NCBI GenBank assembly: GCA_028023455.1
Contig: JAQFVV010000003.1
Coordinates: 11,532,001-11,596,000 of the forward strand
Length of the DNA: 64,000 bases
Direction of reading: 5' to 3'
DNA from: Epiperipatus broadwayi
Lineage: Eukaryota > Animalia > Onychophora
A model generated the notes under the pieces. It made no database searches. It was not told the origin of the DNA and saw only the letters and a list, made by a program, of their open reading frames with translations. The position numbers were made by a program, and so were the translations under genes. Of this stretch, positions 1-12,219 are shown piece by piece (the stretch's first letter is position 1; each line of letters opens with the position of its first letter).

Positions 1-1290
1 TAAAATTAAAACTATATACTATAGCAAAGCCATTAATTTGCCAGTATATTGGGAAGATGTAAAAACTATGTTCAGAAAAGAGGATGCAAAAAACAAAATT
101 TTTAAAATTCTTCTTAGATGACATTATCAAAAAAAGAACTAAAGATATGTCAGATAATATTAAGGGAATGGTTGCTAAAAATCTTTCTAATCAATATTTT
201 GTTTTGTAAATTGATAAGTCAACTGACATAAGTGGAAAAGCTCATAAAATTCTGGGATACCTTTGTTTTATTAAACAAAACAAAAAATAATTAGCCTATT
301 TTCATGCTGCAGAGAACTTACAAAACATCAACAGGACGTGATATATTTCAATTAATTAAATCAAATTTATGTGTTGGAATAGGCTCTATTAAAGAATTTG
401 TTACTCTAGCAAAGAACAAAACCCCAAATATCATATTCATTTATTGTTTTTTACACAGGGAAATTTTAGTTTCTAAAACACTATCAACTATAATAAAATC
501 CGTATTCAAACAAGTTATACATATGACAAACTATATTAAAACCAGGCCTTAAAAACTCAGCTTTTCAAAATTCTTTGATTGATCTATGGAAGCTAGTATA
601 AGTCTTTACTTTTATATAATGGTATAAGATGATTATCCAGAAATAAAGTACTACTCTATATTTCAGAATTCAAGAATGAATTATTGATGTTTTTCCAAAA
701 TGAAAGAGTAGACACTTTCGAAAAATATCTTAATAATGATATTTGTTGCTCAAAACTAGATATTTGGTTTATATTTTTAGTATTTTAAGTCAATTCTAAT
801 AAACAAGGAAAAGAATTTGGTATTTTAAAAAAAAATATGCCTTTAGAAAAATTGAAAAATTTAGTAGATATGTTTCTCTCATTTCAGTATAAAAATGTCA
901 ATGATGAATATTTAATGGGAAAAGATTACTTACTACTTTCCAGCATTAAATATTGAACATTATAACTGTATATGAAATCTATTTTATATTAATGACACAA
1001 GTCATGATTTTTCTTCAAAAGAATCTAAAAATCTCGGAAAATGAATCTGGAAAAATTTTGGATTTTGACTCAGGAAGAATGTGCCATTCTTTCTCAAAAA
1101 GCTCTTAAAATTTTGTTACAATTTTTAACATCATATTTATGTGAATTCAGTTTTTCACAATTAATATAAAAACCAAAAATAGTTAAAGGATTACAAATTT
1201 AGATGAAAAAATCAGGATAAACATATCATATTTTAGACCCATAGTGCTAATATCTGTACAAGCATCTGGCACAAATTTCTCATTAAATTT
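1..1290 (+). mobile_element. Decayed hAT (Buster/Charlie, ZBED5/SCAND3-like) transposase, truncated by the window start
   Basis: Translated pieces match family motifs: IDKSTDISGKA (~210-243; DESTD catalytic motif), IIFIYCFLHREILVSKTL...VIHMTNYIKTRP (ORF 304-552; CxxH region) and ILSQKALKILLQFLTSYLCEFSFSQL (~1085-1162; dimerisation domain). Many stops and frameshifts. Confidence 0.88.
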
Positions 1291-1469
1291 TATTTTAAAA
1301 AATAGTATTTTAGAATTAGTGACTTTTTGTATAATCACTATATATTGTTCCAATATCATGGTTGGTACATATAATAATTGTATCTAGAAATTATTAAAAT
1401 AAAATTATTCATTAAAAGAAATAGTATGTAAAAGTATAAGAGTTTTTATTGCAGTTTGTTTTCGAAAAA

Positions 1470-3068
1470 TGTAAAATTAAAAGACAAAGAGTAGTTGAAA
1501 TAAAAGTTACAATTAATTAATTAAAAGGGGAGAGGGGGTTTGCTTTAGAAACGTCAAACTGAAAATTTTATAAAAGAAGTTAAAGAGTTTTTTATTATTA
1601 TTAGTTGAAGTATAACTTAAAGTTTAAAAATATAAATCACTTTTTATTTAAGTTAAAGAAAAAAAGGTCATCTTAAAAATTAAATAATGAATTGATCTTA
1701 AATTATATATGTGCGTAAATGATGAATTAATATGAGTTTGTTAGTAAAATATATATGTGCGATTGTAAATATAATAAATGTATGCGTATTAAATATTAAA
1801 AAAATGATATAGAAAATTATCATTAAAAAACAACACGTTTGGATGGCTGCTAATTAATATCTCCAACAACAGGATTAAAAGCTTATCTTGAGGAATGCAA
1901 TTAAAAACAAGAAAGGAATTTCAACAACATATTGCCGGCGGATATCAAAGCGACAACAGGCCTTAAGTATAAATAGTCCAGTTTTTCATCAGACAATCAG
2001 TTCAGTGAGTTGAGATTACAATTTAGATTGGGAAGTTGAGATTAAATCAGTCAATAATGCAGTGTTAAAACCCTCGGAAACATACGATTTTCTCCAGCCC
2101 AAGTTCCAGTGAAACAGCAATCTGCCCAGAATAAAAAAATGCCTGCATAACAACTTGAAGAATCATGGTCAATATTTAACTGTCTCCAAGAATAATACCA
2201 ATGAATAAGCATTAAACCTCCTCAAGAAACTTCAAATCTAACCGGTTAGAAATATTTCATTAGAAGCAGCAAACAGCAAGAAGTATCCACGTTCTAAAAT
2301 CCTAAGTAATAACATTTTCTTATATTCATTTCTAAAGTAGCCATCGCATTAGTAAAGCCTCCAAGAGTCAAGTAATATGAACTCTATAGCACACATAGAT
2401 GAACTATTAATGTGTATGTTTAAAATGTTGTGTGTGTTCATGTTGATTTCATTGTATTTTAAATGTCAAATATTATTTAATTCTTTGTTATATTATATTG
2501 CTATTATATATGTGTGAGCCTGAAATGATGATAAGCCCTTGTTCATTTAAATAAGATTTATAAAATATTTACAATTAGTATACTAAATGTTAATTAAAAT
2601 AAATTGTCTTTTATACTTAAGCTTAAATCTGTCTGTCAATTCTTTTTCCATTAACTGAAACAATAATTTGTTATTGATTACAAGTAGCTGAGCTAGTCAT
2701 GGGGTATCTTGGGCATTGAATTAGTGGCCATTGTAACCAGCGCCCGTGTTTATGCAAAACAAAAAAGTGCTTTGAACGTGTTGTTAATTCAACAGTCGAG
2801 AAGAAATCTGTTTCCTTCAAATGTAGTCAATTAGATATATTTCACAGATATATCTGCTGGCTTAGATTCAGGTGCTCTTTGAGTACTCTCTTCTCTGGTG
2901 GAGCATTACATAAATTGCAAGAAATAATATTGTATTATATTTTAGTCATATAATTTGTTTTCATAAGATAAATTTATTTAAAGAGTTAAAGTAAATATTG
3001 TGTTTACTCCAACAGGGATTATATGCGCCCATTTATTAATTTTCTGGTAAACCATCCACCCCGGTACA
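1470..3068 (+). mobile_element. LTR-like insertion inside the hAT 3' region
   Basis: Non-hAT block between the transposase remnant and the TIR. Starts tgtaaa, ends ccccggtaca, and has tataaatag at ~1968. No target-site duplication found. Confidence 0.3.
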
Positions 3069-3202
3069 ATATATATATGTATGTATAATAAAAGGAAAGA
3101 TTTATAAATATTTTAGCATTACTTTTTGACAAACATGAATGTTATGGAATTTGATGTTCCTTAAGTTTTTTCATCATCTAAGGGGTTCCTTGACTTTGAA
3201 AA

Positions 3203-3225
3203 GGTTATGAACCACTGCTCTAGAA
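3203..3225 (+). mobile_element. Right terminal inverted repeat of the hAT element plus its 8-bp target site
   Basis: ggttatgaaccactg (3203-3217) followed by ctctagaa (3218-3225) matches Charlie/Buster ends (GGTTGAGAACCACTG) and their NTCTAGAN target preference. The left end lies outside the window. Confidence 0.75.
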
Positions 3226-3492
3226 ACGAACTTTAAATTAAATAGATCTACGGTTGAAAATAATAATAATTTTGATAAGTTATTATAATCCCATGTATAT
3301 CAAGCATTTGTTATTTACATATATTAAGATATCATCTCTTTTTTAATGTTCTTTTCTAATAGCTCTAAAGAGTAATAAAATTTTCTGAAAAACAGTATTA
3401 CCTTAATTGTCAAACAGCTTCAGAAACAAATTGATTTACTGATCGCCTCTAATCATTAACACAAGATTGGGCAGCAGACATCTACATGACCT

Positions 3493-3506
3493 TCACGCTG
3501 TCATTT
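3493..3506 (-). CDS. Candidate alternative terminal coding exon B (E-M-T-A-stop)
   Basis: Acceptor tttttttttcttgttgtaattag|aa atg aca gcg tga. Phase 1, compatible with candidate exon 5174-5204. Confidence 0.2.
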
Positions 3507-3904
3507 CTAATTACAACAAGAAAAAAAAAGTTAAATAAAAATTATTTCAAAATGGCAATAGAACCAAACATTTAAAAAAATATTTTTTTTTAAAATTAAA
3601 AATATACAAATACATATATAGATTAACAAAAATAAAAAATGAATAATCACAAAAATTATTAAAATAATTATAATAAAGTTTTGAGTATGTACATGTTTTC
3701 TTCTCAGAAGACTGATTATTCTGTAAAAAAGATAAAATATATTAATAAGCCAGTAATACAGTTGATTATCAAGGAGATATTCTTTATTACAGTTTTTATA
3801 TACATATCAAAATATTTTAACTTAAAGATAAAACTTTTAAGTAACCCAGTGAAGGGCAAAAGTCTTCCTATCCAAAAGCTTCTCCTAAAGGAACAATGAA
3901 GAAG

Positions 3905-3930
3905 TCAGTACTTATCAACCTTGCCAATTT
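3905..3930 (-). CDS. Candidate terminal coding exon A (EIGKVDKY-stop)
   Basis: Acceptor tatatttag|aa att ggc aag gtt gat aag tac tga. Phase 1. AATAAA lies ~120 nt downstream on the minus strand (3783-3788). Confidence 0.25.
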
Positions 3931-4700
3931 CTAAATATAAGTATTTGAAAGTTATTCCAACCTTGTTTTAAACTCTAGCTATGACTAACTAGATACACAT
4001 TAATTGATCAATATTTGATCTTTAACTGAATCGGATAAAATTATCTAAAATAAAAATCCTAAGACTGTTAAAAATTTTTCCCAAGTTTACTCAATGGCAT
4101 GTAAATAAATGCACTAATATAAATAGACTCATAAGCTAGCTCTTCCTACACACACTCATATATATATAAATATTCTGAAAAACAGACTTATTATCTTCAA
4201 AGAATCCTTTAAAATTCGATAAAAGAGTTATAGCAAATTTTTATATAAATTTAAAAACAATATGCTTACATAATTCAAAAGAAATTGAAGTTAGAAAGGA
4301 ATATTCAAACTTCAAGCTATGAAGCAAACATGTTGCAAAGTTTAACAACACATGTACTCATTTTCAATAAACAACACAAAAGATTTTCAGGAACATCAAG
4401 TAATAGCAAAGATGCATACAAAAAAATTCTATTCAAATAATGTCATGTGTGATTCAGTCAAAATGTTCAACAAGAAAACACATACATAAATAAATCTAAA
4501 AGATGTATATATATATATATTATATTTTTACCCAAAACTTATCAAAAATATTAAAAAAGTATAATTTATTATATTTACTGATAGTTTTCATAGATCATAG
4601 CAATTTTATAACTTAAGGCTATATTCTCAAAGTAGACATAGACTTAGATATACATAATATTCAAATATAAGTATATTGTCAATACTAAATTTAATGTAAT

Positions 4701-5061
4701 TATAAGGTACTTAAACTCAGACTTCCAAGATCCCCACAGTTATGCACTCCTTCTTATACAGCTGATATTCATGACCACATACATGTGAAAAAGATTAATG
4801 ATAAATGGCTGAAGAGTTGGAAAGGAGAGAAGATTGAAGCTTATCCATTAAAGTTTGAAGATTTGCTACCTTAATATAAACTAAGCACTGATTGTATATA
4901 TGTGTGAAAAATAGTGATCTGGACCAACTGATGCATGCTGGTTCAACATGAAAAATATACATATTTGTATTTTTCACATAAAGGTGGTCATGCGTATCAG
5001 TTATATAAGAGGGAGTGCATAGCTGTGCAGAGCTTGAAAGTCTGAGTTTAAGTCCCTTATA
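4701..5061. mobile_element. MITE-like element with ~85-90-bp imperfect terminal inverted repeats
   Basis: tataaggtacttaaactcagacttccaag... is the reverse complement of ...cttgaaagtctgagtttaagtcccttata at roughly 80% identity by eye. TA at both ends. A related single arm lies at 6566-6650. Confidence 0.75.
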
Positions 5062-5173
5062 ATATATACATATATATAAATTCTGTAAGTGATATTAAAT
5101 CTTTCTGTGCCATCTATTACGTTTTCTAAACTTTTAAATACTATTAACTGATAACATTTAAAAGTTTGATTAC

Positions 5174-5204
5174 CAGTCTTTTTAAATGAGCTGAGCTCAA
5201 TGTC
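5174..5204 (-). CDS. Candidate 31-nt internal coding exon (DIELSSFKKT)
   Basis: tttttgtcttcag|gac att gag ctc agc tca ttt aaa aag act g|gtaatc. Phase 0 in, phase 1 out. Confidence 0.3.
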
Positions 5205-5845
5205 CTGAAGACAAAAATCGATTTTTTCATCAATTAATAATATTGAGAAGTATAGAAAATAAAATAGATAAAGCATGAAGTTTTAATATTACTCCAACAG
5301 ATTACATATTTATAGTTTATTAAATTGATTATATGTACAATAAGTATATATATATATCATCAAAAATGGGAATTAATGAAATCCATTATGCTGTTCTTTT
5401 GTATAAATTATAATAAATAATAAAGAAATCATATACAACAGCTATATATATATATTAATAATAATTACACATAAAAAGCCTTTTTGGCACATGGCTTTAA
5501 GCCCTTTTCAAATGTTAATCATGTATTTTTAAGTTAACCAATTATTGCAGATAGAACACTAGCTAGTGTTTTATAACTAAAGTAAAATAACAACAATAAT
5601 AAAATAAAATATCAGTAAAATAGGATAAAATCTTTCATGTACAGATGCAATATAACTTCAAAGAATTCACTATATTATATAACAATATATAAATAAAATA
5701 ATACATACATTATATAACTTTATATATACTATTTTATATAATTTCCATTCATTTTTAATTGAGCAATTGCTAACTAAATTTATTAAAGTTTTATAAATAT
5801 TCATACAATTATTTAAGTTATGCTTAATGTAATATGTTTCATATA

Positions 5846-6052
5846 GTTGTTGGGTTTTTTTCCTTGTCCATCAACATCTGATGACTAGATTTAATTTTAA
5901 TTAAACCATCAAATGTATTTATAAAAATAAAACAAAAAACTTTATATAAAAATAAAATTTTGTTTTGGACTTTTGGAAATTTGTATATATTTTATTCATT
6001 TTTTGACTTTTTATATTTTTCACTTAACTATATTCTTCTCTCTTTTCTCTAT
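5846..6052 (+). repeat. Left arm of a ~205-bp long-range inverted repeat (partner 9718-9924)
   Basis: gttgttgggtttttttccttgtccatcaacatctgatgactagatttaattttaattaaaccatcaaatg... aligns to the reverse complement of 9718-9924 with scattered mismatches. Confidence 0.9.
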
Positions 6053-6291
6053 ACGAAAATATAAATTATTTTTTTAAAACCTCTTTTTAGCTAATATTTT
6101 AAAATAATGAATACATGATCAAATTAACATTTATTTCATATAATTAAATATATTTTAAAATACATTGATTTTACCAATATTTTATTTATGCATTTGCTTT
6201 ACAGTAAATTAACTTTTCTTATTTAAAAAATTTATCTAATTGGTTTAAAGTACAATTATAAATTTATTTAAACGCATATTGATTACATAAG

Positions 6292-6489
6292 TAATATTTA
6301 CTAAGGCTGTAAACCTTAAGAATATGTGCATGAAAATGTGAAGGTAGGGACCTCTACAGATCTTAACCACAAGCTTACACTTACCCTCTTTTCTTCCAAA
6401 GCGTAAGCTTGTGGTTAAGACCTGTAGAGGTCCCTACCTTCACATTTTCATGCACATATTCTTAAGATTTACAGCCTTAGTAAATATTA
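6292..6489. repeat. Near-perfect 198-bp hairpin (~89-bp arms, 20-nt loop)
   Basis: taatatttactaaggctgtaaa...aagcttacac / gcgtaagctt...tttacagccttagtaaatatta. Loop ttaccctcttttcttccaaa (6381-6400). About 3 mismatches. Confidence 0.95.
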
Positions 6490-6565
6490 TTTAAAGTACA
6501 ATATATGATCAATTGAGAAAATTTTAATTATTTTTATTATTTTCATTCTAATTAGAAAAGACGTG

Positions 6566-6650
6566 AACTCAGATTTTCAAGCTCCCTATAACTGTTCACT
6601 CTATTGTATACAACTGATACACATGATCACCTACATGTGGAAAAAATAAA
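6566..6650 (+). mobile_element. Solo arm related to the 4701-5061 MITE
   Basis: aactcagattttcaagctccctataactgttcactc...aactgatacacatgatcacctacatgtggaaaaa resembles both arms of 4701-5061. Confidence 0.6.
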
Positions 6651-7299
6651 TGATCTCCAATATATTGAAACAGTAAGATTTGCTTTGCAGATCTTCATTT
6701 CACCTTTTCTCACCTCTTTCCTACCCTCATACCTTAGTTTAAACCCCAGTGTATCATAGTGTTTCTGCAATGCGCTTATATGCTGAAAATCCCGCCCAAT
6801 TTTAAACCACGAGTACAACGCTCGTGTTATATATATCTGTAATTTTAATTCCCAGTATAAATAAATATTATAAATTATGTGTATGTACACGTAAGAGATA
6901 TTTGTTTAAAAAGTAGGATATATAGATCGTAATTGTGCACACACTGTGATACATTTATTTTAAAACTTAAGTTAAAATAATAAATTGTTTAAAATCATTC
7001 TGTTTAAATCTATTCATAAAAGATATTACATTCGTAATATCTGTTTTGATTTAAAATAAAATTATATTCGTCCCATAAATAGATTTAAACATTGAAAATT
7101 AAAAGTAAAATAATTTTGTTTTTAGATTTTAAAATCACGATACATATTTTCTGTTTAAAATAAATGAGGATTGGTAAGAAACAATAGCTTAATTAAAATG
7201 TTCTGGGAGCTTATCTAGAAATACAGCAGCTGTCCACTTAAGGTAGTTTTTTAATTAGCAAAAGTTTTTTATTAAATCAAAGTTTTAATCCGAATGTCG

Positions 7300-9240
7300 A
7301 CAGGGACATTAACAATAGAAATTAGTTAAAATTTTGTTGAATTCCTTTGGATGTTCAGATGGATTTTGTTGCAGTTTGATAAGATATCAAATTTTCATAT
7401 TTTTGTAACACTCCAAGGCAAGTTCTATTGTACAGTTCTGCTATATATAGAAGGGGTTTCTTTTGTTCTAGGCATTCTGATTATTTCTATTCATTCTGAT
7501 TTTCTAGTCATTCTGATTTTATTCTGATTATAACTTTCTGAGCAGACTGATTTTTGTGTTGATTCTAAGCATTCCATTTTATTCTGACTTTTCATTCAGA
7601 ATTTTATTATTATTAGTTTGCCAGTAGCCTGCAAATTTAAATATTGAAGCCGAGTTTTCGTCTTCAAACAGACTTTACTGTTTTTTTTAAATATTGCCTT
7701 TAAAGTTCTGAAATCCCAGGATGACCAAGTAGAGGTGGCAAGAGAGCTATTTTCCTTTCGAAAATGGCCATCAGCTGCATGTCAATGCCATCTGATGCTT
7801 CATGTAAGAAACCTTAACAACTTTCACCACTGCTAAAATGTGAACTGTAACCAGAATTTGCTGCCAAGTCTTATGAATGCTGCCACAATCAAGTTGGAAA
7901 AATCTCCATCTGAAATTACCTGCAAATGCATACTTCTGACGAGGTAACCCAAAATTAACTTAAAGCTTTTGTGATCATATCTTCCTATTACTAAGCTATA
8001 GCTAATTTATTTGTTTCTATTTTACTTTATCCTATAATTATGTTTTCTTTATTTAAATGTTGTAAATTAATTAGTATGGCTCTATCTCTATACTTGGGTT
8101 AATATTTTGTATTTATTAATCTGTTTTTCTTTTATTATGATGGTGTGCGAGTATAGCCATCGGACGAGTGAATTATTCCCTTTTATCTAAATAAAGAAGC
8201 CGCCATTAAGGTGTTTTAAATTATACATTTTGTCCAATTTTATTATCTCATTTGAATCGCTCATTTGAGGGCTATCTTACTTTTATACAAATATTTAATA
8301 ATTTTGATGTTAAAACTCCACATGTTTATTGGTTTTAATGTAATATGAGAATATGTGCAAGGTTAATGAGTAAATATTTAACAAATGCATGATTGCATAA
8401 TTAATTTATGCTTTCTTTTAAAACCCCACAATCATGCATTCTCCCACTTTAAAATTTTTATTGTTTGGCTTAATTTCCAAGCTTATAATTTTGAGGTCGA
8501 GAATGTGCGGACTTTCTTTCTTAAAATAATTATTTGGGGAATTGATTAGGCATTTTCTTAAGCTAAATAAATCCTTTTAAAATATTTTGTATACTTATTT
8601 GAGTGTTGCTAGTAGATGTATTGGGTGTCTGAGATCGCTTTGCTCCTCCTAAGGACTTTAAATGGCTAAGACCGTTCCCCCTTCACTTTCTGTGGTTCCC
8701 AGGCAGATTGTGTACTCAAATTGTCATACCTGGGAATTCTACGCAGTTGTCGCCCAGTTGCTAAGATTTGGATGAATTCAGACTTCGGCTGCCCATGACA
8801 CTACCGCTTATGGATTTAGGGCAAGATGCCTTCCCATATTATCTTCACTTTTATTATTTCATTATTTATTTGCAAAGTTCCAGTGGTTTAAACATATCAC
8901 ACCCTCCATCCTTTACAGAAATTCCTCACTAGCACCACGATCTTCCAATATAATTGAATTATTTCTATAAATGTAAATGCCTTAATCACGTCCCCACCTT
9001 ATAGCTTAACAAGCATTAGTCCGTTCAATTCTCGAATTCAAGAAGTATTATATTTAACTTTAATGTTGCCAAATATTTTATTCAACTATTTCTCATTTAC
9101 TCAAAGCGCCTCACATATCTTCACTAACTCTTAGGCACATTATCATAATATTATATTAGCTCGAGGTATAGAGAATACATTAATCAACCTATAAATGTAA
9201 ATTGTCATTAACATTGTTTTAAATACAATCTTAGTAAACA
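7300..9240 (-). mobile_element. Probable decayed LTR-retrotransposon 5' part (LTR-like block, PBS-like site, gag-like region)
   Basis: Higher-GC broken coding-like sequence. aatcagaat repeats at 7470-7615 encode N/Q-rich runs as in Gypsy gag tails. tggtgctagtgagg (8937-8924) sits where a PBS would be. Confidence 0.35.
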
Positions 9241-9717
9241 TCGCTATCTCCCATATGCAGACAGTAGGTGTATCATATATATTTTGATGTTATAATAAAT
9301 CTTTTAAATCTACTAACTTTTGATTATTTACTTTCTTGATCCATATCACTGTCTCAGTCTATATTTTCCACATTTCTTTTGTGTTATCCATAGATGTTAG
9401 TTAGCAAATCCAAGCTTATAGTATAGTATAGAGTCTCTTTGTTTCTCCCTGACCACCAGGCACTGGTAAAAGGTTATATTATTAGTAGCATCAGATGCAT
9501 TATCATGTAGGTGGTGCTTTGGAATTTAGACTTTAGATTCGAACTTAATCTATCTAGAAGGCACCCCCTCCTAGAGTGTTCAGGTTCGTGTTTGGGGTTT
9601 GAATTCTGCAGTGTGTTAGAGAAATAGATGAATCTGACTATTACAATATGTATTCCATGCTGTTCAAGTACTCACCAGTTGGTTCAGATCACTATCTCCC
9701 ACACACATATACTTTCT

Positions 9718-9924
9718 TATATAGAAAAAAGAGAGGAATATGGATAAGTGAGGAATATAAAGTCAAAATATGAATAAAATATACACAAATTTCTAAAAGA
9801 CCGAAACAAAATTTTATTTTTATATAAAGTTTTTTTGTTTTATTTTTATAAATACATTTGATGGTTTAATTAAAATTAAATCTAGTAATCAGATATTGAT
9901 GAACAAGGAAAAAAAACCAACAAC
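9718..9924 (-). repeat. Right arm of the long-range inverted repeat (partner 5846-6052)
   Basis: Reverse complement of 5846-6052, ending ...ggaaaaaaaaaccaacaac. Confidence 0.9.
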
Positions 9925-9970
9925 ACAAAAGAAACTGGAGCTCAGGGTATGGCATAGCTATATATATCCC

Positions 9971-10219
9971 AAAGGGGGAAAAAGAGAGATGTTAACTGAG
10001 AAACAGTCACATAAAAAAGCATCATGCATCTAAAAGAATAAGAAACATCGTCAATGCATGGAAAGATTATGAGTTATAGCAGTTGATTTTGACACTGAAT
10101 TCAGTGATAGTTATTTGTCTTATTTAAAAAACCTCTATTAAAAGCACTTTTCAATGCGTAATTAAGCTATAATGAAAATTTTTGTGTACAATGAAAACTA
10201 TCAAAGTAATGTGATAACA
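9971..10219 (+). mobile_element. Polypurine tract plus short LTR-like segment
   Basis: aaagggggaaaaagagaga is directly followed by tgttaac (9990). The segment ends gataaca (10219), an imperfect TG..CA terminal repeat. Confidence 0.3.
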
Positions 10220-11249
10220 TTGCCAGAATGCCTGCGGCAAGTTCAGAAATGATGATACAGTAAAATATAGTGTTGCCTGTCTAAGTGTTTTCTCCTTGCC
10301 CACAGTTATCAAGATGTTCTATTGAAATAGAAAAAAAAAATGCTATTAAAAAGTTAAAATTTTTATAATTAATTATCAAAGAATTCACAATAAGATTTTT
10401 TAAAATTTCATAAATGTAAATAAAATGCCTTAGTAATTTAAACAAAATTTACCCATGATAAAATATTTTTTTTATATTGTGCATTTTATCTTATATATAT
10501 AATTATTAATATTGTGAGAGAATGTACATATTCATGTTGCTTGTTATTTACATATTAATCATTTTTAAATATAATGATTTGGACTATGAAATAGTTGAGA
10601 TCCTTATATATCAGAAAATGAATAAACTATAAATTAATTAAAAAGACAAAAGACTAATACCTGTCATAATAAAATTTTACAAATAATTAATCCATTCCCA
10701 ATTCAAGCATCTAAGGGCTAATGATATCTCTATAAAGTTAATATGTAGTAATTTATGTCACTCTTATCTGATTGGTCTCAGTCCAAATGCATATATGGAT
10801 AATTTATTTTAAACCTGAGAAATATTCTGAGTTGGAGATATGATAATGGTGTACAATTATGATAGTGTTGCCAGAGGGTATTCTATCTGTAGACATCCTT
10901 TCTAAATTAAAATGGCAATCAAAGTTAGCAGACAATATGGTTCAAACCCATATACATAAAATGCTTTTGGATGACAATAAAGTATAAATAATTCTTTGAT
11001 GGATAATTTGATCAATAAATCTAACTTGGATATTTTATATGAAATAATTGGTATTTACATATTAGACCTGCTACGCTTTTTCACATCTGTGTCATTCTCC
11101 CCATAAATTTCTAACCTTGCGATCAAAGCAAATAAACGCTATGATCTCATCAAATAACATGAACACCAGAACTGTTGACAAACTTAAATGATAAATTTGT
11201 TTACAAAAATAATAAAAATACATTATACTAAATAAAAATAGGTAGTTGT

Positions 11250-11620
11250 GAGTTTTTGTTTCATCGTGGCAATTGAGGATAGAACAGGAGCAACTCTGGT
11301 GAAAGTGATTAAACAAAATATGAAAAAGAGCTTGACAATTTATTCAGATTGATTCTGTTTTAATAAGTTTACTATTCCCCCCCCCCCAAAAAAAAAAACC
11401 GAGGAACTACCGTCTGCAAGCTGCACAAAGATGAAAATGCTTTCATTAACATTCTGGACAATATTAAAAAAAAATAACTTTACCTCACTGATTCTTGTTT
11501 TAATAAAAGTTTATTATCCCCCCCCCCCCCTGTAAAGTATATAAAACTGAAAAACTATGATCTGCCAGCTGCACAAAGAAAATGGCACTTTCGTTTGCAT
11601 TCTGGATGATATTTAAAAAA
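11250..11620 (+). mobile_element. Merlin (IS1595/ISXO2-like) transposase fragments with a duplicated C-terminal piece
   Basis: FIVAIEDRTGATLVKVIKQNMKKSLTIYSD (~11260-11350) matches the Merlin pattern xVxDRsAxTLlpiIxxxIxPGsxIySD. HKDENAFINILDNIKK (~11423-11470) resembles the C-terminus and recurs, diverged, at ~11555-11620. Confidence 0.65.
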
Positions 11621-12124
11621 TCAGTTCACCTCATTGATTCCATTTTAATAAAAGTTTAATTTTTTTTTATGTTTTGATAAAAGTTTACTAATTTATTTTT
11701 TATTTTTTAATAAAATAGTTAAACATTTCTCAATCACGTTTTAACTGAATAGTTAGACATTTCTCAATCACATACTTTAACTCTCCATTTTTAAAAAATC
11801 GAGAGTCAGATGTATGGTTTTTTGTTTTTATCTGTCATTTTTTACTTTTCTACCGTAGTTAATAGACATAGTATTTTTTTCTTTTTATTTGCTTTACTGT
11901 CCATTTTGTAATTAATATACTTATTATTTTTGTAAGCAATGTACTTATTTAAGCAAATAAATAGATGTAGTTTTTTTTATTCTGTTTATGTAATATTATT
12001 TTTTGTTAATTTTGCTTTAGTATCTTTTGTAATTTCATTCTAGAGGTAGTATAAGTAGTATTTTTTTAATTTTAAGTAAAATTTGGAAATTTCTTTTCAT
12101 GTTTACAATGGCAGAATACCATAC

Positions 12125-12219
12125 CTTGTGAAGGAGATGGAATAATGGCTTTGGCGGCATGAACTGCCATTTTAAAAATTCACAACTACTTGTTTTTAAT
12201 ACATTGTACAGGCTTAAAT
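12125..12219 (-). CDS. Candidate 95-nt internal coding exon (xLSLYNVLKTSSCEFLKWQFMPPKPLFHLLHK), unidentified protein
   Basis: aaatacag|at tta agc...ctt cac aag|gtatgg. Open in phase 1 to 0, locally higher GC, CpG retained. An alternative reading is an ATG start (MAVHAAKAIIPSPSQ). Confidence 0.4.
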
